A stretch of 57,240 nt of DNA, filler included, from Sphacelaria rigidula (Eukaryota), in the NCBI GenBank assembly GCA_964200075.2. It is 5 parts of 5 records of this genome, joined end to end, with 100 filler letters (N's around TTAATTAATTAA, not from the genome) between each part and the next. Parts side by side here need not be neighbours in the genome. Positions count along the whole stretch, not along the records: positions 11,470 to 22,837 come from CAXNAA020005011.1; positions 22,938 to 34,305 come from CAXNAA020005012.1; 3 more parts are not named here. One strand, 5' to 3'. The notes beneath the pieces are model-generated. The model saw nothing but the letters and a program-made list of their open reading frames with translations, searched no databases and was not told the origin of the DNA. The position numbers were made by a program, and so were the translations under genes. This document shows, piece by piece, positions 12,060 to 23,263 of this stretch; within the stretch, counting starts at the first letter, position 1, and every line of letters begins with the position of its first letter.

Positions 12060-12740
12060 CACTTGGTCCGCGAGCGATGTAGGGGGGAAAAGGGGGTACA
12101 TGCTAGCACAACCATGCAAATGAGGGCGGGGTTCAGGAGCCTTTGACTTGAAACGGGGATGCGGTATTTTTGTCCCCTGATCTACGTGCTTTTCTCTGCT
12201 TCTGTTGTCTTCGTGTGTTGCCTCAAACTGCTGTAGCATGGATATGCGTGCCAATGGGCACGCATTGGGATTGAAAGCCGTGTTTGTGATGGCAGTCTCA
12301 GCTCGGCGTTTTCGGGAGTGGACCCTAGCCGTAGCGGTATGCAAAACTAGTGGAAATTTCCTCACCTCTGAGTGTCGTAAAATAGAGTCATAACAGCTGC
12401 AAACTACTTAATACTTTGCGAACTCGGTGTAGAGCACAGTCAGCGGTGTTTTAGGCTTGAGGGGGATGACCTTGTGGTGAGGCGGGGGAATCCTACCACC
12501 TCCATTGGAATGGGGGCGGGGTACGGCAGACTTTGGCGAAATACCCGGGGACACGGTGTTTTTGTCCCCTGGTTGTGATATATATATATAACTTGTCTTT
12601 GACTACAGTTGAGTGCGTGTACTAAGCGGCATGCTTTGGCATTGAAATCAGCGTGTTTTTCGTGAGGTAGAGCTTGGCGCATTTCGGTGTTCATTCGTAC
12701 CGTAGCGAAAGGCGAAATCAGGCGAAAATTGCCCATGTTT
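12060..12740. repeat. Diverged ~300-bp direct repeats upstream of the pogo transposase
   Basis: 12060-12370 and 12440-12740 share ggcggggt...tttttgtcccctg...gcatt/attgaaa...cgtgttt...ccgtagcg...gaaa.tt. Confidence 0.6.
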
Positions 12741-13964
12741 GAATGAGCATAAAATCGTCAAATTTGCTCCACAATGCACGTTTTTTTTCCACAGCTTTCA
12801 CGTGTTACGAAAATGTCATTTCGACATCAACTTTTTGGTTCGGCATTGCCCTATGTGCACGGGGCATGCGAAGGGGTACAACAAGGGTAAATTTGCCCCA
12901 TCGTTGTAAGACTGAGAAACCGGGGATATGTCATTGACGTCCCCGGTTTTGACCCTGCGTGATTTTTTTTTCACATCGCCGCCAGTGATCTCACAAATAT
13001 GCATAACCAAATGCAGGCTTCTGAAACACTCCGGAACGTGCGCAATCACTAGTTGAGCAAAAGTGTGCCTACATGGCCCGCACCCATATTTCGCGATTTT
13101 TTTGAGCGAACGAATGATATACCACACAGCCTATATCACCTCCATTTTTTGTTTTGTTCTTTTCTCTTGCTCGAGGAAGGTCGTGAGTGATCTTAGCTAT
13201 CATCCGATACCTGTTAATGGTTGTAAATCGAGTGGTTGGCATCAGACCAGCCGTTGGCGCCAGGGGTGGCTTAAGGTGTGCCTAAGAGGGCACTTTACTC
13301 TACATGTACATATGGCAAACCTTGGTTTTCACTCACAGAGTTTTAACACACGATTCAAGGTATTGTAGATAGCCACCATTTGTTTCTCATACACCGGTGA
13401 AGGCATACATGAATCATCCCACCATGCGGCGGGGTGTCAAAGGTTGCCTGAAACGAGGGATATCGTGTGGATGATCGACGAACAACGACAGACCGGTGTA
13501 CGTGCATTTTGAGGGGTAAAGTATCGTGACGCGGGGCGGCCGGCTCACTCAAACGCCTCCTTGCTGCCTCAAGCGACGTTGATGTCGAGGTCATTCAGAA
13601 CAATCTTTGTAGCTTAAAGCGACGTTTCGAAGCGGATATGTTCGGGCAACTGCGGTCGACTCCCTCCCCCTTCGCCCTACCATAGGATGGCTCAGGTGCG
13701 TGAACCGGAACTCTGTCACAACCCAAAGAAATATATCTATTCTTGACAGCGAACCCGTCTGGCGGATTCATCCCGGGCGGTACCAGAATACACGCGATTG
13801 GCTCTGCCGAGAAGTCACACTTGACCACCTTGAAACCGTGCGGCAGGAGTAAACCTTGAATGAACATCTTCGAAGCGGTTAAGGAAAACGGACACGTGAA
13901 AGAGACACGTGTAACGCCGCTCATGTGAAATGCCGTGGATTTTCACCCCGCCGTCTCTCCCCCC

Positions 13965-14660
13965 CCCAAGACGAAAGTAGGAAACATTATAGAAAGGAGG
14001 GGAAAAGAAATGCTCAGACACACGGAAAACGATGAAGAACGCCTGAAAATACACGTACTCATTTGTTGCTTGCCTTAGTCGTTTGACCATTGACCACGCA
14101 TCCCTTTCGACACGGAGCAGAATACACGGGGGGTTAAAATTGGGGATAGGGATGAAAACATATCTGCATGGCCCAATGGAAGCCGCGAAAAAATTAAAAG
14201 TGCGATTTCGGGTGGGGGACCTGGACCTGCCAGAAAGAAGAAAAGGATATACTAGAAGTCGAGAGGAGGAACTAGATGCGCAGAATTGCCCCTGCTGCGA
14301 AGCAATAGAGAGTAAAACTCACGTAGTGGCAGAATTTGAATCATAAAAGGAGGAACGGGAAGTGCCGAAGGCAGAAACGACGGACGTGATCGAAGGTGGC
14401 ATGAAATCATATGATGCATCGGACAGTGGGGAGAAAAAGTTGGCTATACTGCTAGGAGATAGACAGTGGCCACAGTAGATGGCGAAACCGGGCGGGGATA
14501 AGATACGTTAAAGGTTTTGGTGTTTTGTATGGAAGAAACGTAATGGGCGCCGCAATGTTGAAGGAGTCTCTATTAGGGGTAGGAACGGTGGTCTGTGTCG
14601 AAAGGGATGCGTGGTCAATGGTCAAACGACTAAGGCAAGCAACAAATGAGTATTCCCCCC
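13965..14660 (+). mobile_element. LINE 3' fragment ending ...caacaaatgagta followed by C-rich tract, with an internal antisense 3'-end insertion
   Basis: Aligns to 17440-18135. Insert 14056-14120 is flanked by the duplication AATACACG. Confidence 0.85.
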
Positions 14661-14894
14661 CCCCCCCCCCCCCCCCCCCCCACACCCCCCCCCTGCCCAC
14701 AAAAAAAAACCCCCCTTCTCACACCCCCCCCCCCCCACCCCCCCAACAACCACCAACANNNNNNNNNNTTGGAAAGGGAGGGCTTGTCATCATATAAAAC
14801 ATAAAAAGAAAAAAAAAATTTATTTTCCCCCCCCCCCCCCCCCCCGGATTGGCCACGAAGCTGTAAAACTCGCAACTCACTGCGTATGCAACGC

Positions 14895-16130
14895 AACCAG
14901 GTCACTGAGGGGTTTGCTTGCGTTTTTTTCGCGGTTACCATGATGGTGGTCGAGCTGGGTTATATTGCACGGGGTGGCGAACCCGAACTCACCGCGAAGG
15001 GGGTGGTTGTACCACGTGGTGTTTCAATGGTGAGACACCCACGAGGCAGGGCGTAACCCGTGGCTGTCTCAGGAAGTGGCGACACCAGAAAATGAAGCCA
15101 CTAATTGTAGCCCTTGTCCGGCAGAAGGACACACGCCTTCCCATGCATGTCATGAACGGTCGGCTTTCCACACGAGGACCCGAGGAGGTCGGCCGCCCCC
15201 CCAAGCAATGGGAGGATACCCTAAAGGAGAACCTACGTGCGCTAGGGGCTGTCCCGCACACGGGAGCCAGACGAAAGTGGATCGTCTACGGTGTAGAGGT
15301 TAACGATGCATACGATTGGATTACTGCGGCGAAGAGCATAGGCAAATGGCATATTGGAGTCGAAAAGGGAGAGTGTGAGGACACGTGGCGACGCGGGGAC
15401 AAGTGAGACTCAGACCGCCGTCACAAACGAGAGGCTTCTGTGTCGTTGACTGCCAATCGGAGAATCCTGTCTGCTCATATCGGTTGTTGATTATGTCCCT
15501 AGTCGGTGGCTCTGCGGTGCCCAATGGTGTGTATTTGTATCTACTCTGCTGCCCTGAATCCCTTCGGCCTTTTCCTTTTGTTCATCTTTGTTTTGTATTT
15601 TATCTTGTTTGTTCTTTACTTTCCTCCTTTTCTCCTTTTTTTTGTTCGAGATCGGCCATTTCTTCCTGTACTTTGCTTGTGTTGTGTTTTTGATTACTCT
15701 TTTTTGCTACGACTAAGTCTGCCGTGTCCTTCTGTTCGACTTTTTTTTGTTTTTTCCCTGTTATTTTTTTTCTTCAGAGCGTGTTTCAGTTTCATTTTCC
15801 GTGGGTACGTCTATCATGACACCACGGCTGGATCATGACTCCTGGGGGGTAAGTTAAAGTGCGAAAATCAATCAAACAATCAATCAAGTGTAGGCTGTCA
15901 GCCAGATGCAAGACAATCAGTACGCTTCGGGTCAAACAATCGCATCAGGAGGCGGTTCACCCTTCATGCGACTCGCCGAACACATCTCGGCGCTTCGCGC
16001 TTGGTGATTGATTGCGAGCCTGATCCGGCGAAAACCCGGCGTGCTCCATCCCGGCATTGTAGGGATAGGATGTCAATGATCATGTGACTATGGCATGCAA
16101 CACCATGGGTACATCCCCCTCTCTCACTCA
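14895..16130. repeat. Unclassified interspersed repeat, split by the RTE insertion; other copies at 27750-28750
   Basis: tgtttcaatggtgagacaccc...ccagaaaatgaagc and catgcgactcgccgaacac blocks recur at 28000-28220. Confidence 0.8.
15111..15888 (+). mobile_element. 5'-truncated RTE-like LINE with (ATCA)n tail and TGTAG target-site duplication
   Basis: Peptide RLPMHVMNGRL...VGRPPKQWEDTLKENL, T-rich 3' UTR, tail aaaatcaatcaaacaatcaatc. TGTAG at 15106-15110 and 15889-15893, and only once in the empty site near 28090. Confidence 0.88.
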
Positions 16131-16139
16131 AAAGGTGAA

Positions 16140-18140
16140 GAGGAGGAGTAGCAGTGAATATTTCCAAGGAAAGAGACGAGGCTGACCCAAGCTATTATAA
16201 AGGAACAACCCTACCGAACACCGAAGGGAAAATACTGTGTAGAATCTTGATCGATGAACTGGGAACAATGTTGGAGAAGAAAAAATCAGCGAGGGGCGAA
16301 CAGGTTTTAGACCAGACATAGTTGCGTGACCCATGTGTACACATTGGGTAAGATCATTCGAGGTAGAAAAGGCGCTGGGCTAGCAACGTACTGTTTCTTT
16401 TTAGACGCACCAAAGGCCCATGACACAGTATGGAGAAATGAACTGTGGGGAAAGATGTGAGAAAGTGGGGTCAGAGGAAAGATGTGGAGAACGGTGAAAA
16501 GATGACAAAAAAATGTGCGAAAAGTGCTATGATGCTAGACGGGGATATATAGAAAGATTCTGCTATCATACGAGGATTTTCTCAAGGATGTACTCCATCA
16601 CCCGTTTCATTTAATGCATTTATTGATGATCCGATTATGGCAATAGAAGCAGCAAACCAAGGAGTCAAGGTGGGTAAGGACATGGTATCAGGATTGATGT
16701 TCGCGGATGATTTCGTGGAGATATCAGAAACACTTAATGGATTGCACATACAAAGAGAGAAGGCGATAGAATACACTAGGAAATGAAGAGTGATAGCGAA
16801 CGTAAATCAAACGAGCGGTCCTTACGTGTAACGACGATAAGGAGAGCCACGTAATGTTCAAAAGCAAGTGGGGAGAAGGGAACCTGCCAATCGTGGACCA
16901 GTATACATGCTTTGTAGTAGAGATATCATGAAAATGTCCTTGGGATGCACATATAAGTAAGGTAATAGAAAAAGGGTAAGGTGCAGACGGAGGAGATAGA
17001 CATGATCCTAAAAGACTCGCACCTAGATACCAAGGTTGGGACATGTATTTTTATGAATATGATTGTGTCAAAGCTAGAATATGCAGCAATATATGGGAGG
17101 GGAACGGGACTTTGGTGAAGCAGCTGGAAACAGTACAGATGACAGCAGCTAAGAAGATGATTGGATGCTCAAAAACGACGAGTAATACAGCACTGAGAGC
17201 AAAGTTGGGACTGTTCCCACTGCAAACAAATGGAGGCATGACAAAACTTTAATGGCAATATAGCGTAGAGAGTATGCGAAGAAGGAGATTGGCAGCCATA
17301 GGTGATAGGGCTATATGGAAGGAAGGGACGAAGCGTAGGCTACAATAAGGTGGGATAGCGTAGTTCAGAAAGTATGGGAGGACATGGGAGGTAACAAACA
17401 CCAGGTGATGTCTATGGATGAGTGCGGAGGGTACAAGACAAAAGTAAGAGAGATTATAGACATAAGAGGGAAAGGGGCATCAAAACGGCAAGTAGACGAG
17501 GAAGAACCCCTGAAAATATACGAGGAGTTGAGAGAGGGGATAGGGGTGAAAACATATCTGTATGTATGGTTCAATGGACGGGGCAAAAAAAATGAAACTG
17601 TGATTTCGGGCGGGGGACCTGGACCTCCCAGAAAGAAGAAAGAGATATACCAGTAGTCGTGCGGAGGAGGAAGTAGATGCACATAATTGCCCCTGTGGCA
17701 GGGCAGTAGAGAGTAGAAATCATGTAGTGGCAGAATATGAAATGCACAAGGAGGAACGGGACGTGTCAAGAGGTGGGGTTTTTGCTTGCCTTAGCCATTT
17801 GACCACTGACCACGCATCCCTTCGGAGACGGAGCACCGTTTCTAGTGTTAGTGTTAGAGGGGGAACGTGGGCAGTAAACGCAGGTGGCAAAAATTCGTTT
17901 GGTACATCTGACAGTAGGGAGAAACCGATGGTCATGTTAGGAGACAGAGTGTGGCCACATGCGGCGAAACAGGAGGATATAAGATTTGGAAAAGGCTTTT
18001 TGTTAAGTGTATGGTAGAAGCGTAATGAGCGCCCAAAAGTTAGGGGTGTCTCCGTCAGGAGTGAGAAGGGTACTCCCGCTCGAAAGGGATGCGTGATCAA
18101 TGGTCAAAGGACTAAGACAAGTAGCAAATGAGTACGCCTC
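16140..18140 (+). mobile_element. Degenerate LINE: reverse transcriptase through 3' end, followed by C-tract
   Basis: RT motifs FLDAPKAHDTVWR, QGCTPSPVSFNAFIDD and GLMFADDFV. Many stops and frameshifts. Confidence 0.9.
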
Positions 18141-18254
18141 TCGACCCCCCCCCCCCCCCACCCCTTCCTCCCCCCCTCCCCTGCCCACTGCCACAGTGAT
18201 GTACATAATCGCTTTGTCCATACCAAGGTGTACGCAAAAACTCAAATAATGGTT

Positions 18255-18770
18255 CTTGCATGTCGCATGGGGAAATTCCGGTGAATAATTTCATTCTCCG
18301 TACAACAATGTTGTCGTGAGGTTGAGAGTAGAGGATACGATTGACACTGAAAAGCGGTCAACTAGTGAATGAGTATTTTCAGTTCCGAAATACCCCTCCA
18401 CGAGGCCCGATACGCTTTCTGCAGTTTCTTGCCACTGAGGCCGGTGATATCCTCGAGTAGGATATCGACATGCAGCTGTGAGCACACGCCAGTGTTACAG
18501 GCAAAGAAGAGCACACACGGAATGAGACATTAGTCAAGTTGGAGCGAATGATCAAACCCACGCTCAATCAGCGCTCTACCGTCAGTCTCACGAAAATATT
18601 GTTGTACTCGGACCCGCCTGTGCACTGTTGGGACAACCATCGTTAAATATCACCCGATGGTGTTGTTCCGAATGAGGTCTGGCGCCATTCAATGGATCGA
18701 GGCAGTGCAACCTTCGGCCTTCGTGTTCTCCAACAGCACGCCGCAAACGGATGAGAGAAAATACACAGAG
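18255..18770 (-). mobile_element. Gypsy internal fragment homologous to 48170-48720
   Basis: Shared gttgagagtaga..gattga and cccctccacgaggcccgata...cactgagg...gagtaggata. Confidence 0.7.
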
Positions 18771-19554
18771 CACGAATATCCCGTCATGATTTTCACCCCC
18801 GAACTGTTTCAAAAGGATGCCGTGAAGTATCGTGGAAAACATTCTCACGAGCACATCGAATTTGGCAAAACGGGAGTTTCCGGCGGTCAGCACACGTCAC
18901 ACACAGCACCTCAAATCCTACGGCCGTACACATCATTATTTTTCCCCGTGGTGGACGATTCGTAGTAGTGTTCCTAGACTTACCAAGCAGAGAAGCTGCG
19001 GCCGGAAAAGCAGATTCCTCACACCAAGGGAAAAATAACACAAATTAATGCGTACGGTTATCGAGCATATATTGGAGAACGGTTCATTGTTCATATCGGC
19101 GACACGTTCATTTTTTCCTCATGTTCCGACCATAGGTGTGTGCCGCACTGCTATGCCGGCATCTCTGCGGCATGCCGCGCCAAGGAAATCCAACTGGTAC
19201 CCCAATATCCCCGGTTTGGGCAAAAGTCTGCGGGTTCGATCAGAATGTTGTTTCCGTCGTGAGAAGGGTAAACACAAGAGGAGCGAAGGGAAATCGACAT
19301 GAGCGCTGATAGTCATGATTCAATCCTCGACGGTGAAACGCCAGTCAGGCACGGAGGCAGAGATGGGTTGATCTCTTACTCCTCCCCAGGGACGGGAGAG
19401 GTAAACCCCCATGGCGCCCGATCGGGCAGGTGACCTGCAGTTGGCCTGCCTATTGGGGAATTCGAAGTTGTCGATTTGATGTAAGACATGACACCTACGT
19501 AGAAACAGTGGGGTATGGCTCCGCCTGGTCGTTGGCACGCTGAGCTCCGTGCAA

Positions 19555-19672
19555 TAGTCAGTACAGTGCAGTACGGTACGGTAGGGTACGGTACGGTTGG
19601 ATACAGTGCAGTGCAGTGCAGTGCAGTACAGGACAACACATTTAAGTTCAGCGCAGTACAGCGAAGTGCAGC
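19555..19672. repeat. Pentamer microsatellite (CAGTG/CGGTA)
   Basis: cagtacagtgcagtacggtacggtagggtacgg...cagtgcagtgcagtg. Confidence 0.85.
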
Positions 19673-19681
19673 ATAATGCCA

Positions 19682-19906
19682 CGATAGCCTCCCCACAGCA
19701 GATTGGTTGGCTTGAGGATGCAGAACCTACATGCGAATCAAAAAGACAAAAGACGAGCACACCGAGCAGCTGAGAAATCCCACGCTTGGGATCGTTTTCG
19801 CCCATGTCGCCCATATGAGGCATTGCATGCAGTCCAAAAGTAGCTACCATGCGCTCTATCGCAATTTCTTCGTGACATTATTTGAGGGGGGGGGGGTTGC
19901 TATCGC
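19682..19906. mobile_element. ~225-bp MITE; related copy at ~49515-49700 inside the Gypsy element
   Basis: Ends CGATAGCCTCCCC / GGGGGGTTGCTATCG. Internal cacgcttgg..cgtt.tcgcc.atgtcgccca.atgaggc is shared with 49588-49630. Confidence 0.65.
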
Positions 19907-20923
19907 GGTATCACTCTACAGTGCAGGTCAGAGTAAAGTCGGGGACAGCACCATTATCTTGGGTGGGTGAAGACCACGATGAGGGGTGACCGTGCCATCA
20001 CCGCATGTGGTACGACATGTACGCAGATGTCACAAGTGATACAGAAGCCTACGGGGGCACGACTGTACGTGTCTTCGCAGCAGACAGATGACGCCTCAGA
20101 GCTCCAACCCTTCTACTCAAGCGCGGACATCAGTAGTCTGGGGCACGTTCTCACACTCCAAAAAACAAATTCTGCAGTTTTGTCTGATTTAGATCCCAGA
20201 GGACATCAAGGGGGGTATTGATTCATAGAAATGTCATACTCCAAATGTCCGCGGGACTGTCGAGACGGAGTATCGGAACAGAGAGGTTTGAACGATCGAA
20301 ACTTTCGAAGTACGGCAAGAGATGCAAAAAAAACGGCATGAAATTCAACAGTGACACGATTTCATATCGTTTTTGACGTGTGTAACATGCCAGAGTAATT
20401 ATTCCTGCAAGATCTGATGCGTGGTACATTTGCCAGGATACCGGGGATGGAGGGCACGGAGGCCTCACGTAGCAAACAGAACGCAATTGTCTTGAACCTA
20501 TACTTCCTCTCCTGGACATCATTTTCCACTGCCGGACCCGGAAATGTTTGACAAACTCAACGACTTTTGTGTGTGAGGTTTTGTTTCTTCCCTGCCTCCG
20601 AACAAAACTCGAGGGGCGTTTGGTGTTCATGCGATTTAGGTTGTAGTGCACTTAGATCTTCCACATTCGCCCACAGGCCTGGAGGTAAAGTGGCCGACAC
20701 GAAGAGTGAGGGGAACAGACATACATGCCGACATTTTCCTAATCGTATGGAAGAAGCACAAGAAGCTACTGGTATCTCCGAAATCTGACGCACCTCCACC
20801 TCCGGCATGTCGTTGGTCCCGTGGAGATCGTTACCGTCATTTGTGTCATGCTCCACTGTTGGTGGCTTTGCGTGGTGTTCCTCCCATCTCCGTTGCTCCT
20901 TTTCTCGCCATAATCTGATTTGG

Positions 20924-20926
<3 letters not shown>

Positions 20927-20963
<37 letters not shown>
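20927..20963. repeat. (CA)n microsatellite
   Basis: Perfect CA run. Confidence 0.97.
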
Positions 20964-20966
<3 letters not shown>

Positions 20967-21016
20967 GAAGTGCGCCAAGTGCTTCACCCTCTACACTTAT
21001 TCTCTACACACGGACC

Positions 21017-21376
21017 GGTCGCCCCGGTGGTTTAGTTCGTAACCTCGAGGCCTTCTGACGGTTGAGTCGTGGGTTCAAATCTCGGAGCGATCTGGGTTTT
21101 TTTCTCACACCATGCCCAACAGTAGAGAGCGACATTGTCGTGGGTACACAAAATTCGACTGAACGGTCGACGAGGGAAGGGACCGCTGAACTTTTCTCGC
21201 GATAAAAAATAAAGGCAAGCACCGCAGAAAGAAGGTAAGGTACTAAAAACCAAACAAACAAAAACATCCTGTGTTGACCTTCATCCTGTGTGACCCCGGC
21301 TGGTGCGTCCACATATCCCGAAAGGTGTACACCGGCGTCCAGAATAAATGGAACATCACACAACACACACACACAC
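21017..21376 (+). mobile_element. tRNA-derived SINE with CA-rich tail
   Basis: Head GGTCGC...TGGTTTAGTTCG (A-box-like)...GGTTCAAATCTC (B-box)...GCGATC, then T-run, unique body and (CA)n tail. Confidence 0.75.
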
Positions 21377-21385
21377 GAAAGTTCC

Positions 21386-21807
21386 ACAGGTCGGACGAGT
21401 CATTACTCGTTCAGACGAGAGCACTCGTGGGTGTTTTTCCAAAACACAACGAGCATGACTCGAGTGCCCGCCCAATAATTTTTCCCACAACGAGCAATGA
21501 CTCGAGTGCTCGCCCTACTATTTTTTCCCACAACGAACAATGACTCGAGTGCTCGCCCTATTATTATTTCCCACAACGAGCAATGACTCGAGTGCTCGCC
21601 CTACTATTTTTTCCCACAACGAGCGATGACTGGAGTGCTCGCCCTAATACTTCTTGTCCACAACGAGCAATGACTCGAGTGCTCGCCCTATTAAATTTTT
21701 TCACAATGAGCAATGACTCGAGTGCTTGCCTTATTAATTTTTACGGCTAACGAGCAGCCCAACGAGTGCGAGTGCCACGAGTCACACTCGTGCTCGTCCG
21801 ACGTATG
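21386..21807. mobile_element. MITE-like element with seven 43-bp internal tandem units
   Basis: TIR CACAGGTCGGACGAG / CTCGTCCGACGTATG (13/15). Units CACAACGAGCAATGACTCGAGTGCTCGCCCTA+T-rich at 21445, 21486, 21529, 21572, 21615, 21659, 21702. Confidence 0.8.
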
Positions 21808-22651
21808 AAGTCTTCCCAGGTTTCATAAGCCAGGATGCTCGGAGCATGGCTTATCGTATCACTTGCATTCAGTATAGCGTTCCCGAGATTTACCAGGAGT
21901 TTTCTTGGGTCGCCAGCCTATACTAAAACGTAGTAGTTATGCTAACACAGGGTGGAGTGGGGAAAACCGGGAAGGAGTGTACATGCCACAATGTGGTCAT
22001 TTTCACGGGGCACTAAACCCAGGTGGGCCCTGGAAAGACAAAAGGAGCTACCGACATGATTTCTGCTCATCCCTCTGCCGATGACTTGCAGAACGCTGTG
22101 AACATGTATGTAGTGGACGGGTATGAAGATGCTGTGTATAGGCATCTGATCTCCGTCGCTGAGAACTGCACTGAACGTGCAAGGGTGTATGCAGCAGCAG
22201 CTGCTGCTGCATTCGGAGAGGCGTACTGCACTGTTTTGTACTGTTGTATCTATGTGCACCGCAACGCCCGTATCCTTTCAAGATGATTTTCCGCTTGCAA
22301 CAAAGAGGGAAATGGCGACTTGCCCCGACCACAAAGGGCTGTGTGGCAAGGTGATGGGGGAAATAATATCATCTAAAGCCACAAGGGGCGGGCGGCCCGC
22401 CGGTCGCTGCATCCTCTTGAAAGCTCTCCATTGTACGGCGACACATACTGCTTTCTACTTCAGATGTGCATTCCCTCATTCGCACCCTGCAGCTGAAAGT
22501 AGATTGGATGAAACTTGCGGTTTTCGTCAAAACCCTGCGGTTACATACGAGGATTTTCAGCCACATGCCACTTTTTCGTGCAGACGCCAGACGCATCATT
22601 CCTGACCAGCCTCATTGGTCGTTCTGGAGGCCCGTTCCCAAAGGGTCTAAT

Positions 22652-22837
22652 TTTTCAACAACGAGCAATGACTCGAGTGCTCGCCCTACTAATGTTTTCC
22701 CACAACGAGTAATGACTCGAGTGCTCGCCCTATTAGTTTTTTTCCCACAACGAGCAATGACTCGAGTGCTCACCCTAATAATTTTTTCCACAACGAGCAA
22801 TGACTCGAGTGCTCGCCCTATTATTTTTTCCCACAAC
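22652..22837. repeat. Second array of the 43-bp unit, cut by contig end
   Basis: Four full units plus a partial one. Confidence 0.92.
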
Positions 22838-22937
22838 NNNNNNNNNNNNNNNNNNNNNNNNNNNNNNNNNNNNNNNNNNNNTTAATTAATTAANNNNNNN
22901 NNNNNNNNNNNNNNNNNNNNNNNNNNNNNNNNNNNNN
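22838..22937. other. Artificial 100-bp linker
   Basis: N run with TTAATTAATTAA. Confidence 0.98.
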
Positions 22938-23095
22938 AACGCTGAAAACAAAGCGTAGGGATTGATTCGTACGATTCGAATCAATTACACTAAAACCAAG
23001 TATTCTCCAGGCGAATCATCGATTTGTCCGACCCTTGAACCCTTTACCTTTTTAAAATCAGTCGCCCTGATCTCCATTTCTTCACCCTCGGGACC

Positions 23096-23096
<1 letters not shown>

Positions 23097-23139
<43 letters not shown>
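23097..23139. repeat. (GT)n microsatellite
   Basis: Perfect GT run. Confidence 0.97.
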
Positions 23140-23145
<6 letters not shown>

Positions 23146-23199
23146 CGCATGCTGGCTGTGTCGACTGGGAATCGATGCTCGTCGGCGCGATGGAAACAG

Positions 23200-23263
23200 C
23201 TGTTCGACAAGGTGAACGTATGGGGGGACATCAAGGGGTCCGAGATTCACCATATGTACTACG
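23200..23263 (+). CDS. MC5E: C5-epimerase exon (first visible)
   Basis: cag|LFDKVNVWGDIKGSEIHHMYY-G|gtgag. Confidence 0.9.

Noticed and set aside
14056..14652. Penelope-like element or TIR transposon, based on the 58-bp inverted ends
   Set aside because: The LINE body continues upstream of the left arm, the arm has its own 8-bp duplication, and the family RT is LINE-type (FADD)
21017..21093. Functional tRNA gene (also 28565-28646)
   Set aside because: D and anticodon arms pair poorly, and both heads are fused to SINE-like bodies and tails
21445..21745. CRISPR array (palindromic 32-bp repeats with variable spacers)
   Set aside because: Spacers are only ~11 bp, AT-rich and similar to each other; no cas genes; eukaryotic context; bounded by TIRs
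22938..23199. Start codon or 5' exons of the epimerase
   Set aside because: No suitable exon between the contig start and 23200; upstream exons must lie on another scaffold
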